The position numbers were made by a program, and so were the translations under genes. A DNA stretch of 64,000 nt from Saccostrea cucullata. Taxonomy: Eukaryota. The notes under the pieces were generated by a model. The model was not told where the DNA came from and made no database searches. It saw only the letters and a list, made by a program, of their open reading frames with translations. Positions 1-13,200 of this stretch are shown here, piece after piece (position 1 is the first letter of the stretch; each line of letters begins with the position of its first letter). Where the stretch lies: contig NW_026922202.1 of assembly GCF_032062105.1 (NCBI RefSeq), forward strand, positions 1 to 64,000, read 5' to 3'.

Positions 1-414
1 CATACAAATGACTTCTTAATATGTTATGCTAGTCCGAAATATCTGACGTTTCCCTGGCTTTTATTTTATGATTTTGATATTTTACGTGCCTTACGTTAGG
101 ACTTATGTTATGTATTACATTAAAAAATGAATTTAATTAAATACCGGTATGCAACCCACCCTACAACCCACCCACCCCAAAAATTAAAAATGAAATTATG
201 GTGTTTTTTTTTAATTATTATTGAAGAATTTTATCATGAAATACTGATCAACCGCATTTTTTCGGTTCAACTAAATGGGGAACTAACCTTTGTAAAGGTC
301 TTGTATAAGTAGCATCTGTTGTAGATGTCAACCCTGAAATTTAAAATCCAAAAATGTCAATAAATACACAATATTTTGTAACACGGAAGTAGAATTAATT
401 AATGGGATTTACTT

Positions 415-696
415 TTACTTCTTACCGACAACAAACCCAGAATCGCATAGCTTTTTCATTTTCTCGCCAATCTGAATCTCGAATTCCTTGATGAGCTCTT
501 TAAGTTTCACAAGATCTCCATTTATTTTTCTGGCATACTCGGCAACTCCTTTGATGCAGTTCGCAGACCCTCTAGTTTCATCACTAACTTCCTTACTGAA
601 AGTCAGAAAGTCTGCAGTAGAAGCTAAAGAATTCTCTAATTTTCGATGGATTCTTACTCTTTCCGAAATTTGCGACAAAGCATTGATGTCTGCCAT
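415..696 (-). CDS. Small 93-aa helical/coiled-coil ORF of unknown function (possibly exon 1 of a gene continuing leftwards)
   Basis: ATG-started open frame with coding-like composition in AT-rich surroundings; possible G|GTAAG donor near its end; no recognised family. Confidence 0.35.
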   Translation of the reverse strand: MADINALSQISERVRIHRKLENSLASTADFLTFSKEVSDETRGSANCIKGVAEYARKINGDLVKLKELIKEFEIQIGEKMKKLCDSGFVVGKK

Positions 697-2059
697 GATT
701 CAAAAGACAATATTCACGACTAGGACAGTTTGTTTTTCTGCGTACCAGATAACATTATTATTGAACTAAGGTAATACAAGTTGAAACTTAACAAAGTTAT
801 TTAAAAGACCTGACCATGAGAGCGATCAAATATACCAACAAGAGTACCTGTGTTGGATTGCAGTTTGTAAAAAACACGCGATGTATTCTTTTTTCCAAAA
901 GAAGCTGCGATTTAAATTACAAGAATATTTGTTTAGAACCAAAGACCAAGACATACTTGAAAATTTCATGGAATTGCTTAGGGTGTTTTGAATTCAGAGT
1001 TATTTTTTGGTAAATACAGCGTAATTTTCTGGAAAGCTATATTCATTTAATTATATTGGATTACAAGTAGGCCTTGGATTTAAAGACATCTGCCATATTT
1101 TCAAGATATAAAGAACTGATATGTGTTATCTTTTAATTAATGATCTTGATCGATGCATGATGCTTAAATAACATAAGACACTTGACGCATTCAAAGAACA
1201 TTACAAAGTACGATAATTATCGAATAAAAATTGCCATTAAAATTCATATGAAAAGTGACTGGCAATTACTAGTATTTTGAAATAACTGTAAAAATAAATT
1301 TTGGACGTACCAGGCCTGTAGTATTGATGGGGTTCCTTTTTTCTCCAAACCAAAGTTTTTACTTTTGAAAATGTTTTTTACAAAAAAAATTTGTTATTAG
1401 CAGTAAATTATGGTAATTTTGTAATGTGTTTTTAAGCAAATAGCTGTGAAAGGAAGATGAGCAAATATAATTTGGCTTAAATAAAACACTTTTTTTTTTC
1501 AAAATAAGCTCGATCTAGTACTCCATTTATTTAGCATTGTCTGCTTTATTTTCAATTGTTTAGTACGCTACTGGAGTTATCTTCCTTTGAATGGTTTGGT
1601 TCTTTAACAAACAGAAAAAAACGTCAAAGAATTTTATTGTGGCAAAAATGGGACAGGTCTGTGGTTCCAAAGGCACAAATAATTAGATGAGTAATTACCA
1701 ATGCTAGCTGTCTGACTCTGGTAAAGTAATGGATGGACGACCAATGCAAAGAACTATCCTCTCCATGTCATATGCCCTGAGTTAACACAGTAATGTTTGC
1801 CACATCATGTGCCCTGATTTAACACGTTGACGTTGGCAACGTCACGTGCCCTGAGTCAACATGTCCGTTACCGTTTGCAAAACAAGTACCGAAGATCAAG
1901 GTACATGTACTTTGTAAACTTAACTTAGTCATTTGAACTAATCTTTAGAACTGTGAGGTTTTTTTATGATAACGTTATGTTGCAGGACCTGTTTTTGTCA
2001 CCTTCGCAACGTGACATTCCTCTGTGACAACACATCGTTGGCCGTGGCAACCTGTTAAA

Positions 2060-2660
2060 TCAAGGCCCTGACGTGTAAAACGTTAACATGATAGCTCAGG
2101 TCACCTGAAACGGCAAAAGCGCCTTGACTCAGAGCACCTAATGTGGCCAACGAACGTGTTGACTCAGGGCACCTGGTGTGGCAAACAGCAACGGACGTGT
2201 TGACTCAGGTCACCTGACATGGCCAACGGATGTGTTGACTCAGGGCACCTGACGTGGAAAACGGCAACGAATATGTTGACTCAGGGCACCTGATGTGGCA
2301 AACGGCAACGAACGTGTTGACTCATGGAACCTGGTGTGGCAAACGGCAACGGACGTGTTGACTCAGGGCACCTGACATGGCCAACGGATGTGTTTAGTCA
2401 GGGCACCTGACGTGGCAAATGGCAACGAAAGTGTTGACTCAGGGAACCTGGCGTTCCAAACGGACGTGTTGACTCAGGGAACTTGGTGTGGCAAACGACA
2501 ACGAATTTGTTGACTCAGGGAACCTGATGTGGCTAACGACAACGAACGTGTTGACTCAGGGAACCTGGTGTGGCAAACGGCAACGAACGTGTTGACTCAG
2601 GGCACCTGACGTGGCAAATGGCAACAAACGTGTTGACGTATATGGCACCTGACGTGGACA
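2060..2660 (+). repeat. Minisatellite of 41/35-bp units (GTGTTGACTCAGGGCACCTGACGTGGCAAACGGCAACGAAC), about 14 copies
   Basis: GACTCAG recurs at 2161, 2202, 2237, 2278, 2360, 2436, 2471, 2512, 2553, 2594; degenerate inverted copies at ~1770-1880 and ~5765-5990. Confidence 0.9.
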
Positions 2661-2989
2661 AAGGTAAAAAATTTGTGGTATTCCAACAAGCAAAGGTTAT
2701 ATAGGCAAAGTTTTGCGGACAAACAGACAGACGGAAAGACATGGCAAAAGTTCTGTCTCTTTTTTATTACAAGGCCATTAAAAATGATTTTAAAAATAGG
2801 TGGGGAAAAAACAATAGCTGTCATACATATACTAGTTCGAAAATCCCTATAATTCCCAAAAACTAGTTACAGACATTAGAAAGGAAGATGAAGTGATCAT
2901 GCTTACTTTATATTTTCGTTTTAGTCTGAATAATACTTTATAAATTATTGATGTTTGATAACCATTTCATTAAGCTTAGATTTGAAAAA

Positions 2990-3774
2990 GTCTTAATTTT
3001 TTAAATAGCTTTCAAATGTTATTATGTTGGCCAAAGCAACTGCGAAATCAAAAAAAAAAAAAAAAAAAAAATACACACAGTGTACTAAACGTGCACATTG
3101 GCAAAACGGAAAATATTTCAACAATACGGATGGATTTCCACTATTTATGGTATTTTGTCTGCTTCAATCGAACTTCCTATCTGTTGAGTTTGGAAAATTT
3201 ACCTATTTCTCAGGACATTGTTTAAATGTTCATTCATGATATAGACCAAAGTGTAGAATGAATTGGGGATTTCCAGTTCATTCTTTGAATGGTCTACAAC
3301 CCTTGATATACTGATCTCTCTGTTCAAGCTATTCAAAACCAATGAGAAATTGTGGCTATTTACAATTTTCTCTCGAATCAAGTTTTGAAAATTTTCAAGT
3401 AATTTAATATTGATAAAGTCATTCATACATTCCGGTATTATGAATGAATGTAGACACGTACGCCATCATATGAAAAGATACATTTGATATGCGCAGGCAA
3501 TCAATTCGAGATGACAATGAAATGAATTCCATTTCATACATTTTTAAAACTAATTCAGAAATTTTGAAAAGGAAAACACCTTTCCTCTCAGAGTAGTTAA
3601 ACAATTTACGGTGATAAAAAAAAGACATTCCATGAAATTCAGCCAGATTTAAGCGTTTACATGTACATTGTATATAAAGATGATTTTTAATATAAAATTT
3701 TGCTCCTCCTGAAGTGTGTAAAACAAGCACTCTCGAGTCTTAACAGTGATGAGAATCCAAATCTCTCTCTCTCT

Positions 3775-3808
<34 letters not shown>

Positions 3809-5345
3809 AAAGGAATTTTTATGAGATTGATCACTGTATTATCTCATGCAAACTTTACAGTGCTCGTTTTTTTAATATAACAAAGTAGAAAATATATTAT
3901 ATAGATATGTATTTTGAAAAAAAAAATTAACAAGTTTTTATAAATAGTATTTTTTTTTCATACTTTACAGTGAAATTGACATTTTTTTCTAAGTACTAGT
4001 AATTAATATTCCTCTTCATCGTAAGTATTATTCACTCGATCCTTACTAAATGAAGAATAAAATGAATCACCGGAAATCCCTAAATTGTGTCACTGATTCA
4101 TAGATTAAAATATAAAATGTGCTTTTTTGGGTCTAAAATCTAAACATATATTTAAAAAATCAATTCAAATAGTCAGATAAAACTTATACTGTATATAATT
4201 CCTTTAAACCGTTACAAAATATGAAAAAATTTTGATTTTTTTTAACATTTCACGATGCAGCTTTTTCTTGAGAATTTGAATGTAAACTTGAAGGTCATAT
4301 TGGGATGATATTTATATCATATTGTAGCACAGACACTTATTTCGGTAAAAAAAAAACCTTTAGTATAATAAAAACACAGGTACTTATTTCGGTAATAATT
4401 TTGATAACCCACAGTATAATGTTATTATTATTTTATGGTTTAAAAATTTATTACCGAAACAAGTGTCTGTGTTTTTTACTACTATTTTAATTTCCACAAT
4501 GATTTTGAATTTAGAATTGTAGTCCAAATCTAAGTTATGCAACTAAATTCGTAACAACAGTATTATTTTCTCTTTCATTTGCATGGCATATTGCATAATA
4601 TATTTATAATTAGCTTGCTAATTTCTTGCACAATAAAGGGCTTTGGGAGCATGCAAGAACTTGTTATGGACAACATTTTTGACGAAGTTTAAAAAAGAAT
4701 GAAAAAAAAAATCATTTCTCTTTTCTTGCAAGGAATTTAAACATTGCATGCTTGTGAATAAATGAAAGGAGATTTTGGCATTTCCCATAATTATAAAAGT
4801 CTGGATCAATATTGAAGTCCGTATGTTTTAGGGAAATTCCATCTTTTTTCACGTTACAAAACACGTTCAAATTCCCAGAAGTCAAGAATGAAATAAATAC
4901 TTCATGTAAATCGTGTTTAGGCCTATTCAGTGATAATCAATTAAACATGCAATAGTGTATAAATTTCAAATTATATTTCTCAACGTGCATTATGCATATA
5001 AAAATAGGCAAGTAATAATTAAACATGCAATAACTGTTCAACAATAGAAGATCACTGTAAAAACCTACAATGTGGAAACAAAACTCTTTTTTTCTAAATG
5101 TGCATTATGCATATAAATACAGGCAGGTAGACTGGAACACCGTAGTGCTATAGGTTGAAACGTCAAACATACTAAACGGAGTCGCCGGCGTGGCCCAGTG
5201 GTTAGAGTGTTTGCTCTAGAGTCGCAGAATGAGGAGTTGATCCTCTAGTCACTTGTTTGAATCCCACCGCTGGCCCTGGAGACTTCAGTCTTCTCCCTCG
5301 AAGGAAACCGTAATGAAAATTAATAGAAATATATTGAAGAAGACA
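2990..5345 (+). repeat. Segmental duplication, copy 1 (~2.4 kb)
   Basis: Collinear similarity with ~6090-8640 (e.g. CATTCATACATTCCGGT, GAATCACCGGAAATCCCTAAATTGT, ATAAAAGTCTGGATCAATATT, SINE head at the end). Confidence 0.85.
5181..5315 (+). mobile_element. Truncated tRNA-derived SINE head
   Basis: A box TGGCCCAGTGGTTAG, B box GTTTGAATCC; no TTTT terminator; resembles bivalve tRNA-SINE 5' ends. Confidence 0.65.
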
Positions 5346-6089
5346 TGTTACCCCCTCCCTCCTTTCGAAAATCATTGCCTTTAAAATTCATAAGAAAAGT
5401 AACTGTCAATGATTTTGAAACATTGTTATGTATTAAATAAAAAATGGGGATTCGTGCATGTTTCGGGGGACAGAGGTCCCTCTTCCCCAGACATAACCTT
5501 TTACGTTTAAAACTGTTCAGAAAGACTGCTCTCCTAACATTTTGATGTTACATGTCATTGAAGAAGCATCGTTTTTGAAAGGGGAAACCCGAGAAATTTT
5601 TTAACCTACCCGAAAAAGCTTGACAAATAAAGGGGGAAATTTCCCTTTTCCCTGTTTCCTGTTTCCCTATACGAAAAATCCTATTTCGAGGGGGTGGGAA
5701 TATGTTCTATTACTACTTTAAGTACCATTTTTTTTACACTCCATTACCCTCATGGGGAGGGGAAGGGTCAACACGTTGTTGTTGTCGCTGACCACTTTAG
5801 AGGCCCTGAGTCAACACGTTGTCGTTGGCCACTTTACGGGCCCTAAGTCAACACGTTGTCGATCGTTGCAGTTAGCCATTTTTTGGGCCCTCAGTCAACA
5901 ATTGTCTTTGCCGTTGGCTATTTTAGAGGCCCTTGATCAACAGGTTGTCGTTGACTATTGACATCGTGTTTACTCAGCGCACATGACATAAAGCAACATT
6001 GTCATCAAAAATTCAAATCAAGATTATTTTTAAAGTTCATGATTCAAAGTCATAAAAAGTGAGAAATAGGATCATGCTTATCTTGCTTG

Positions 6090-6430
6090 TCTTTGTGGAT
6101 TGTAGCTTTCAAACATGCTTATGTAAGCCAAAGCAGCAATGGAAGAAATTGAAAAAATATACATATATACATGTACATGTATTTCAAACTGCCAAAGCGG
6201 AAAATCTTTCAACAATACGGAAGGATGTCCACAATTTATGGCATTATGATTTTGTCTGCTTCAGTAAAACGTCCTGTCCCTTGTATTAGAAAAATTAACT
6301 CCATTCTCCAGACTTTGATTAAATTCCCATTCATTATTATAGATATACACGAAGATCAAAAAGTAGAATAACTAGGGCTAGGTGTTTTCCCAATTTATTC
6401 TACAACCAACTCTTGACATTCTACATGATA

Positions 6431-6483
<53 letters not shown>

Positions 6484-6995
6484 AGCTATTCAATATTAAT
6501 GAGAACTTGGGAAATTTTACAATTTTCTCTCAAATCAAGAGTCTTGACATGACTCAAGCCATTCACTATCGATAAAGCCATTCATACATTCCGGTTTTAT
6601 GAATGAATTTCGACATGCACGTCATGATATGAAAAAGATGCATTTGACATGCGTAGGCAATTAGATCGAGATAATAAAATGAATTCCGTTTCATTCATTT
6701 TTGAAACCAATTCAGAAATTTTTGAAAAGGGGAACACCTTATCTCTCAGAGTAGTTGAATATTTCCTGGTTAAACCATTTACGATAGAGAAACAATATCA
6801 AGGGTTTCAGATAATGTAGTAGCTGATTTAACGAAATCTAAAATCTTGGGGGAATTTGTTAAAGGAAAAGTAACATTATTCCATTAAATTCAGTCATACA
6901 GAATCATTAATATAAAAACAATTTTTCATATGCACCTCCAGAAATGTATAAAACGAACACTTTTGAGTCTAAATATGGATGGGAACCTATTTTTT

Positions 6996-7042
<47 letters not shown>

Positions 7043-8640
7043 AAAGAAAATTAAATATAAAAAAAATGATGAGATTTATCACTGTTTTATCTCCACATTA
7101 TACATTTCAATGATATTACATTTTTAAATGATGAAATAGAAAATAAATTATAGAGCTATATATTTTGAAAAAATGAAAGAGAATTAAAAAGTATTACTAT
7201 TATACAAAGAAATTGTCTTTTTTTCTTCTTAGTAATTAATTTTCCTTTTCATTATGTGTTCTTTTTCTTGTATTAATCAACGAAATTCCCTCCTTACTAA
7301 AGAAAAGAGTATCGTGAATCACCGGAAATCCCTAAATTGTCTTCCAGCAATTTTTTTGTCATCGATTTAATTTATAGATTACAAATGAATTTGTGATTTT
7401 CATATCTACATTTAAAAATTGTTAAAATAGCCAGACCACTCTAGTATATATATTTCATTCAAACCGTTACAGAATAAAAACAATTTTAAATTTGTAAACA
7501 TTACACGATGTGGTTTTTTTCTGGAGTATAAGGATGTCCAAAGTTTAAAGTCAAAATGGAGTATACAGCGGGAACAAAATCTTAATTATTTTGTAATATA
7601 TTAATTTTCATAATTTTTACATATGTATATAAGTGCATAGCGATACAAGTATTCCGGGGCGCATTTTACACAAAAATGCTTTTTTTATTTTCATAAACAC
7701 AAATCTATTATTCATACGTCACCTAGAATTGTATTTTGTTTCCAACATAACTCCCATGTATATCCTTTTTTCTTTGTTACAACAGTTTTTAATTTCTTAT
7801 GTCCATTTTAAATGTTTCCTTTTTTTTTTGGTATTACAAAAAATTTCATGATATATGATCAAAATCTAAGTCGTGCAACTATATTCGTATCAGTTATAGT
7901 ATTTTCGTTTATTGCCAAGACACAATGTAAAATATAGACAAGGAACTAATCTAGCAAATTATTGATAAGAATTTGTTTCCAATCCTTTTGATGTAGCCAA
8001 TAAAATATGTTCAAAACAAAGAATAATTTTCACTTTACTTTTCTTGCAAGGTATGAAAAATTTAAAAAATGACTTTTAAATAAAGGAAAGGCGACTTGGG
8101 TATTTCCCATGATTATAAAAGTCTGGATCAATATTAAAGTTCGAATGCTTTAAGGAATTTCCATCTTTTGTCACGTTACACAGACAGTACGTTCAAATTC
8201 CCAGAAGTCAGGAAAAAATACAGACATATCGTGATCATCAATTAAACACAATAACTGCTCAACAACTGGATATCACTGTAAAAAAAAAAATGCACTGTTT
8301 AAACAAAATTACATTATGCATATAAAAAAGGCAAGTGATAACACGTTAAATATGCAGTAACTGTTCAACAACGGAACATCACTGTAAAAACCTAGAGTGT
8401 TGAAACAAAATTCAAATTATATTTCTCAATATGCATTATGCAAATACAGACAGGTAGACCAGAACACTGAAGTGCTGGGATAACACAAAGCTAAGTACAG
8501 AGTTGCCTGCGTGGCGCAGTGGTAAGAAGCTCTCGATTCGCGGAATAAGGAGATCCTCGCTTGTTCGAATCAAGTTGTGGGACGTGGAGACCAGTCCCTC
8601 GATTAAGGCCGTAATGAAAATGAAAAGATTGAAGAAGAAA
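6090..8640 (+). repeat. Segmental duplication, copy 2 (includes (CT)n microsatellites at ~6432-6480 and ~6999-7038)
   Basis: Collinear, diverged copy of 2990-5345. Confidence 0.85.
8501..8615 (+). mobile_element. Truncated tRNA-derived SINE head (paralogous copy in the duplication)
   Basis: A box TGGCGCAGTGGTAAG, B box GTTCGAATC; same position within the duplicated block. Confidence 0.65.
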
Positions 8641-8659
8641 TATCATCCACTGCAGTGAT

Positions 8660-9600
8660 CATCCCCTTTCTCTTAATTCCTAGAGAGAAATGTTTATGGA
8701 CTCTTAATATTTGTATTTTTTTAAAAATTGGAAACAAAGTGATATTTTGTACATTAAAGATATAAGTATTTAGAGAAACAAAGGAAATATATGATATCAA
8801 TTATTTCTTGAACAAATTTAATAGAAAGAATAATATATTATGTGAATATTATATGTTTAAAAAAAAGCTGGTAAAGATTATAAACAAAACTTTGACTGTT
8901 CTTATGCTATATACGTGAAAGTGAAACCAAATGTACATTTTTTATTTTTTTTTTAAATTGTAAAATCAATACGAGATAAGAAGCAATTCTTATTACTCAA
9001 TTTTTATTGATATGAAATTTCAAAAAGCTTTGTTGGAAAAGAGATGGACAAAAATATTAAATGTTCAGGATGCTTGTATATGGAAAAAATATTTGTAAAA
9101 AAACTCGAATACAGTGTGTATATACGAGAAGAGAGAATCAGAATTTAAATATAAATTATTACATTGTATTTTGAACAACAATGTTTCTGTAAGCAAGTGG
9201 AACAAAGATATTTCCCTTCTAAGTGAAAATAGTGAAGATGATATGAAACATTTACTGTTTTATTGTAAAATTATTAAACCCATATGGGGAAAAAATGAGC
9301 CTTTTCTTAATTTGACATTATATGTATTTGGAAATTAATTGTACGTGGATTTTATAGTGAAAGTAGTGGGAAAACTTTCCTTTTTAATAATTTGATAGCA
9401 TTTATAGCTTCACTGTGTATAAATATAAGATGAAATGTAGACTACGAAATGAAAAAAAACATCTTTAAAAAATCTACATGACTGATATCTATGCTGTATA
9501 TTCAAAATAATGTGTCCTTAGGAAAATTGGTCAGATTAGAAGTAATATTTATAATGATTTAGCTGATTTTTTGCTATTTAATACTGATATCGGATATAGT
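8660..9600 (+). pseudogene. Decayed 3' fragment of an L1/Tx1-type LINE ORF2 (zf-RVT region)
   Basis: Frame-broken peptide EFKYKLLHCIL...EDDMKHLLFYCKIIKPIW (9114-9338) typical of the LINE C-terminal zinc-binding region. Confidence 0.6.
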
Positions 9601-9640
9601 GTTAAGTATTGATATGTTTGTGACCTATTAGGATTTTAAA

Positions 9641-9910
9641 CTAGAGGTATACTGTGAGCAATGAGCTCACTAAATGATACCCATATGAATATATTGGCAG
9701 TGTCCATGTTTTTCTATTGGAAACCCCAAAAATATGTCGGATCAAAACGCAAAATAGGAGGTGCGCGATGGCAATATGTAATAAAGATTATGTGAAAGTC
9801 TCCTCAAATTTCATTCAGTGGTATGAAAGGATAAGAGATGGGTACCCCAGAGCGTAACAGACGGACATCCCGATTAATATCTACCCTCCCGCTTTTCAAG
9901 GGGGGGGGGT
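9641..9910 (+). mobile_element. Non-autonomous Helentron/HINE-like repeat (local family copy)
   Basis: CTAGAGG..GAGCTCACTAAATGATACC start, GACG microsatellite and terminal palindrome; further copies at 14440-14705(-), 14753-15240, 15241-15550, 22297-22450(-). Confidence 0.7.
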
Positions 9911-10047
9911 AAAAACAATTGTGAGCATGTGTACGGTGACCATTTTTGCAAGTGTTAAGAAAGACTATCAGAGAACTCGATCAGAAATGAAGCGGTGAAC
10001 AGTGACACTGGCCAGTCTCGAAAAACAAACCCTCTTTCTTAGGCTTC

Positions 10048-10079
<32 letters not shown>

Positions 10080-10233
10080 GTATTCTTTCAGATCATTTGT
10101 ATAAAGACATAAAAATAATTTCTTATACAAAGGCCCGATTATGTAAAATAAAAAAAAAGTCCTTTCCTTTTATCATGACCATTTCTTTAAATGGCACGGT
10201 TGATTATACCCCCCGCTTGAAAAGTGGGAGGGT

Positions 10234-13200
10234 ATAAGATAAGATAAGATAAGATAAGATAAGATTTATTAATACCAATTTGGGGCCCATCAGGGCATAC
10301 AAGAAATAAGGAAAAAAAAAACATACAAGCAGAAATTCAAAATTGATAGCAGTATTTAACAAAAGATAAATGATGTTACAGCAGTTGGGGATTACAACAT
10401 ACATAATCAATATACTGTAAATAAAAGTTTGTTTAAAGTATTTCTATATATTACTCTTTTGTATTTATTTGTTTCTTTGTTTAACATTGCATAATTTGCT
10501 ATTTCTTATTTTAAAGATATTGATTAAAAAATTACCCAGCTTGGTAAGCAACATGTCATCTTCATTAGACATAATCCATAAAAATTTTTCTTTATTTGTT
10601 AAAGTATAGAAATTTTTATTACTTTTAGCAATAATATTAAAAAAGTCATCTCTATCATGCTTATATAATGGACATTCAATCAGTGAGTGTATCTCATCTT
10701 CCACACAGTTCATGTCGCACATTCTACAAATTCTTTCATTTCTTGCAAGGGTGGTTTGCTCTCCAGCAGAGTTTAGTTTTTTTTCGTACCTTCCACTTTC
10801 TATTCTGAGGTTATGTGAACTCACTCTAAATTTGCATATAATTTTTCTTTGTTCAAAATTTTTTAATAATAAATACTTTTCAATTTCAAAACTTCTTTTT
10901 ATATAGAAATATGTTGTAAGTTTACCCGATAGACAACCATCATCTCTTTGTTTAAACCAATATTGAAGGAAATCTTCTCTAATAATTTTTTTCAGATGTT
11001 TCTTTAAAGTTATTAGTTTCATTGATTTACATCTTGACAAATCTATGCCCATTCTGTTACAGAAATATGTTACATTTGAAAACCAACTATTTACATTACA
11101 ACTGTCCAAGATAATGCTTTCTTTGTATGCACTGTATAACAAAGAGTTTTCAGGCATGTTTTCCAGTCTGTGCCAGTAAGATATAATTGCTATAATAATA
11201 GAATAAAATATTGGTTGTCTACCCAGTTCAGAGAGAACTGCAATATTGGTACTTCTTTTCCCTGACCCTATGATAAATTTGCAAAATTTCATATGAAGAT
11301 TTTCAATCTCCCAATCTTTAAATATATCAAATAAACATTTTTCTTTTCTTTGCATTGATGATGACAATACACCCCATATTTCGGATCCATAGGTAGCTAT
11401 TGGCTTGATCATGTGATCAAATAGATGAAGTAAAGTTTTAATGGGTGGATCTGTTGATTTTATATCTTTGTATATTTTAAATGATGACTTTAAAGCTTTG
11501 TTATATAAATTACACCTTGCTTCTTTGAAAGAACCAGAATTTGAGAGTATTATACCTAGGTATTTATACGTTTTTACACATTCTATATTAATACCATTAA
11601 TTGAAAATGTTTCTTTTAATAAATGCCCACTTCTGTTGAAAATAATTACTTTTGTTTTGTTAACATTGATTTCCAAACACCATTCTTTACAATATTTGTA
11701 TAACATATCAAGTTTTTGTTGCAGGGCTAGCTGGTTGTCAGATAATAATACTAAATCGTCTGCATATAATAAAGCTCCTATTTGCTTTTTGAAAAGTGAG
11801 ACTGAGTTAACAACATCTTCATTTAGTAAATTTGCGAGATCATTTAAGAATATTTTGAATATATTCGGGCTTAAGACATCACCTTGTCTTACTCCTAGTT
11901 CAGGTGAGAAAGGTTGGGTTAATTTATTATCAATTTTAATCGAGATATAACTGTATTTGTACATACTGCATATTATTTTGTAGAATAGTCCATTTATATT
12001 CAATTGAAGAAGTTTAAGTTTTATGCCTTCGTGTATTATTGTATCAAATGCTTTATGGAAGTCAACGAAGCAAGCATACAAACGTTTATTACCTTTGTTG
12101 GTGTATTTGTCGATCAGACATTTCATTACAAATAAATGATCCGAAGTTCTAGCTTTTTTTGAAAATCCTATTTGGCTTTCGTGAATGATGTTATTTTCCG
12201 ATAAAAAATTATCTAATCTATTGTTAAGTATTATATTGAAAAGTTTGCCAATACTGTTGGTAATGGTTATGCCTCTATAATTTTGGGGTAATCGGGGATT
12301 TTCTGATTTAAAAATAGGTGTTATATAACCTTCTACCCATTTTCTGGGATAAATTCCGGAAGTGAAGACATTGTTAAACAATTTTAGAATACAAGGATTC
12401 ATGTAAATTTGTGCTACTCTCAACATTTCGTTGGTAATATTATCCAGGCCAGGGCTTTTATCAGATTTTATACTAGACAAAGATTTTTGTAATTCCTTTA
12501 AAGAGATTTTAAAGTCTAGTTTACTAAACGATATAAAGTTTGGTCCATTTTCAAGTTCCTTAATTTTATTTTGAATAATTTGTAGTCTCTCTGAATGCTT
12601 ATTAGGCAGTTTAAACAGGGTACTAAAGTAGTTATGCCACATATCTGGTTCAATACATTTCTCAGTTTTTTCCTTATTCCCCTCTTTGGCTTCTCTGATT
12701 GATGCGACTAAATTCCAGTATTCTTTAGGATTATTTTCCTTTAGTTGATCTAACTTGTCGAAAATATTTTGAACAAACTGTCGTTTTTTGTATTTATTTA
12801 ATTTAGCATACACTTTTTTAGCTTTGAAATAAGACCCTCGTATGAAAGGGTTGTTAGGAAATTTAGATATTAAGATAGCCTTTTCACTAAGTTGTTTCTT
12901 CATTTTCCAAAGATCTGAATCAAACAATTTTTTGTTAACTTGTTTATTTTTATGAACCTTCTTATTTAGTGATAATTTTGCTACTTTTTCAAAAATGTTA
13001 TGGATATCATTTGTAGCTTCATTAATTTCCTTTTCATTCATTTGTATATCTTTATTTAAAAAGGTTTGTATGTCTTGTTGGATAATAGGGTGTGTAAAAA
13101 AGTTCTGGTAGTGGCTTATTAGTGAACTGTTCCATTTGTAACGAATAGGCATTTCTTGAAGATTATTGTTATTTATCTCCCTTGTAAAAGATGATAGTAT

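Noticed and set aside
2060-2660. CRISPR-like array
   Set aside because: Units are contiguous tandem repeats without unique spacers, there are no cas genes, and the context is eukaryotic
5178-5290. Functional tRNA (Ser-AGA or amber suppressor) or vault-like Pol III RNA
   Set aside because: T-arm and anticodon stem pair poorly, there is no TTTT terminator, the paralogous copy at 8501 has decayed differently, and the downstream sequence resembles a SINE body
11441-11950. 169-aa plus-strand ORF
   Set aside because: Antisense shadow of LINE ORF2
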